Shown in pieces: positions 62,906 through 64,000 of a stretch of 64,000 nucleotides of DNA. Origin of the DNA: a virus (taxonomy: Duplodnaviria > Heunggongvirae > Uroviricota > Caudoviricetes); IMG/VR virus record IMGVR_UViG_2690316311_000019; one strand, written 5' to 3'. The notes below the pieces were generated by a model. It was not told where the DNA came from, searched no databases, and saw only the letters and a program-made list of their open reading frames with translations. A program made the position numbers and the translations under genes. The number at the start of each line of letters is the position of its first letter. Within the stretch, counting starts at the first letter, position 1.

Positions 62906-64000
62906 GTGACCTGGGACGATCACAAGAAGAATTTTGCTCGCCTGGCGCGAGATGGTGGTTACACCATCGCACAGTATGCCGCCGAGTTTAATCTTAACCC
63001 TAATACTGCACGTCGTTATCTCCGTGCCTTCAAAGAAGACACCAGGACAGCGGACAGCCGCAAGCCAAATAAGCCAGTCAGGAAGCCACTAAAAAGCATG
63101 ATCATTGATCACTCTAATGATCAACATGCAGGTAATCACATTGCGGCTGAAATAGCGGAAAAACAAAGGGTTAATGCCGTTGTCAGTGCCGCAGTCGAGA
63201 ATGCGAAGCGCCAAAATAAGCGCATAAATGATCGTTCTGATGATCATGACGTGATCACCCGCGCCCACCGGACCTTACGTGATCGCCTGGAACGCGACAC
63301 CCTGGATGATGATGGTGAACGCTTTGAATTCGAAGCTGGCGATTACCTGATAGATAACGTTGAAGCGCGGAAGGCCGCGCGCGCTATGTTGCGTCGGTCC
63401 GGGGCCGATGTTCTGGAAACCACTCTTCTGGAAAAGTCTCTTTCTCATCTCCTTATGCTGGAGAACGCCAGGGATACGTGTATTCGTCTGGTGCAGGAAA
63501 TGCGCGATCAGCAAAAAGACGATGATGAAGGGACTCCGCCTGAATATCGTATCGCGAGCATGCTAAACAGCTGTTCCGCGCAGATAAGCAGCCTGATCAA
63601 CACCATTTACAGCATCCGGAATAACTATCGAAAAGAAAGCCGGGAGGCGGAAAAGCACGCTTTATCTATGGGGCAAGCTGGCATTGTTAAGCTGGCATAC
63701 GAACGAAAGCGTGAAAATAACTGGTCAGTGCTGGAAGCAGCTGAATTCATCGAGGCGCATGGCGGGAAAGTGCCGCCCCTGATGCTGGAGCAAATCAAAG
63801 CCGATCTGCGTGCTCCTAAGACCAATACCGATGATGAGGAAAGGCAAACAGCCGTCGGTGGCCCTTCTCTTGAAGATCTGGACAAAGTTGCGCGAGAACG
63901 GGCCGCCAACCGCCGCGCGGATGCCGCATTGTGGATTGAGCAGCGTAGGGAAGAAATCGCCGATATCGTTGATACAGGCGGTTATGGAGATGTTGATACT
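62906..64000 (+). CDS. pacA: Terminase small/pac-recognition subunit PacA-like, 3'-partial (runs off window end)
   Basis: Open frame from GTG 62906 (AAGGAAG RBS) to the window end without stop; contains the pac repeat cluster. Confidence 0.6.
   Translation, partial: MTWDDHKKNFARLARDGGYTIAQYAAEFNLNPNTARRYLRAFKEDTRTADSRKPNKPVRKPLKSMIIDHSNDQHAGNHIAAEIAEKQRVNAVVSAAVENAKRQNKRINDRSDDHDVITRAHRTLRDRLERDTLDDDGERFEFEAGDYLIDNVEARKAARAMLRRSGADVLETTLLEKSLSHLLMLENARDTCIRLVQEMRDQQKDDDEGTPPEYRIASMLNSCSAQISSLINTIYSIRNNYRKESREAEKHALSMGQAGIVKLAYERKRENNWSVLEAAEFIEAHGGKVPPLMLEQIKADLRAPKTNTDDEERQTAVGGPSLEDLDKVARERAANRRADAALWIEQRREEIADIVDTGGYGDVDT
63099..63257. other. pac packaging site (TGATCA/TGATCG hexamer clusters)
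   Basis: Four hexamer copies at 63099-63125 and three at 63229-63257, each containing a GATC, inside pacA. Confidence 0.7.

Overview
This window reads as a gene-dense segment of a P1-like (Punavirus-type) phage-plasmid, running from the edge of the invertible tail-fibre segment to the pac site. In order it contains: a tail fibre assembly gene fragment and a tail fibre gene carrying a Cin/Hin-type crossover site; tail, baseplate and injection genes including an SLT-domain Sit-like transglycosylase; an AT-rich two-gene cassette; an immI-like region (operator, c4-like RNA, icd, ant); kilA and repL-like genes; a hok/mok-type toxin locus; a second virion block; a P1-type partition cassette (parS, parB, parA); an iteron replicon (oriR with DnaA box and GATC cluster, incC, repA, incA); an RdgC homolog; a fused C5-cytosine/N6-adenine DNA methyltransferase interrupted by a LAGLIDADG intein; a tRNA cluster (Asn, Thr, Ile-CAT and a Tyr-like element) embedded in roughly 1.5 kb of repeat-rich non-coding leader; an SPFH lipoprotein; a DnaB-like helicase; a further structural block; a long rightward operon of small accessory genes (lambda-type phosphatase, HAD phosphatase, small methyltransferase, PD-(D/E)XK nucleases, ASCH proteins); and a LexA-boxed umuD-like gene, phd-doc, and a partial pacA with its TGATCA-repeat pac site. 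A 17-bp ATTGCTCTAATAAATTT-like operator motif recurs in front of several operons. No integrase, transposase or CRISPR array was seen. The most unusual items are the intein inside the methyltransferase catalytic motif, the repeated hairpin elements in the tRNA/helicase leader, a two-gene insert between incA and the par promoter, and the AT-rich cassette. All homology and gene-name calls come from reading the sequence and ORF translations against remembered family signatures; no database search or folding program was run, and several start codons are uncertain.
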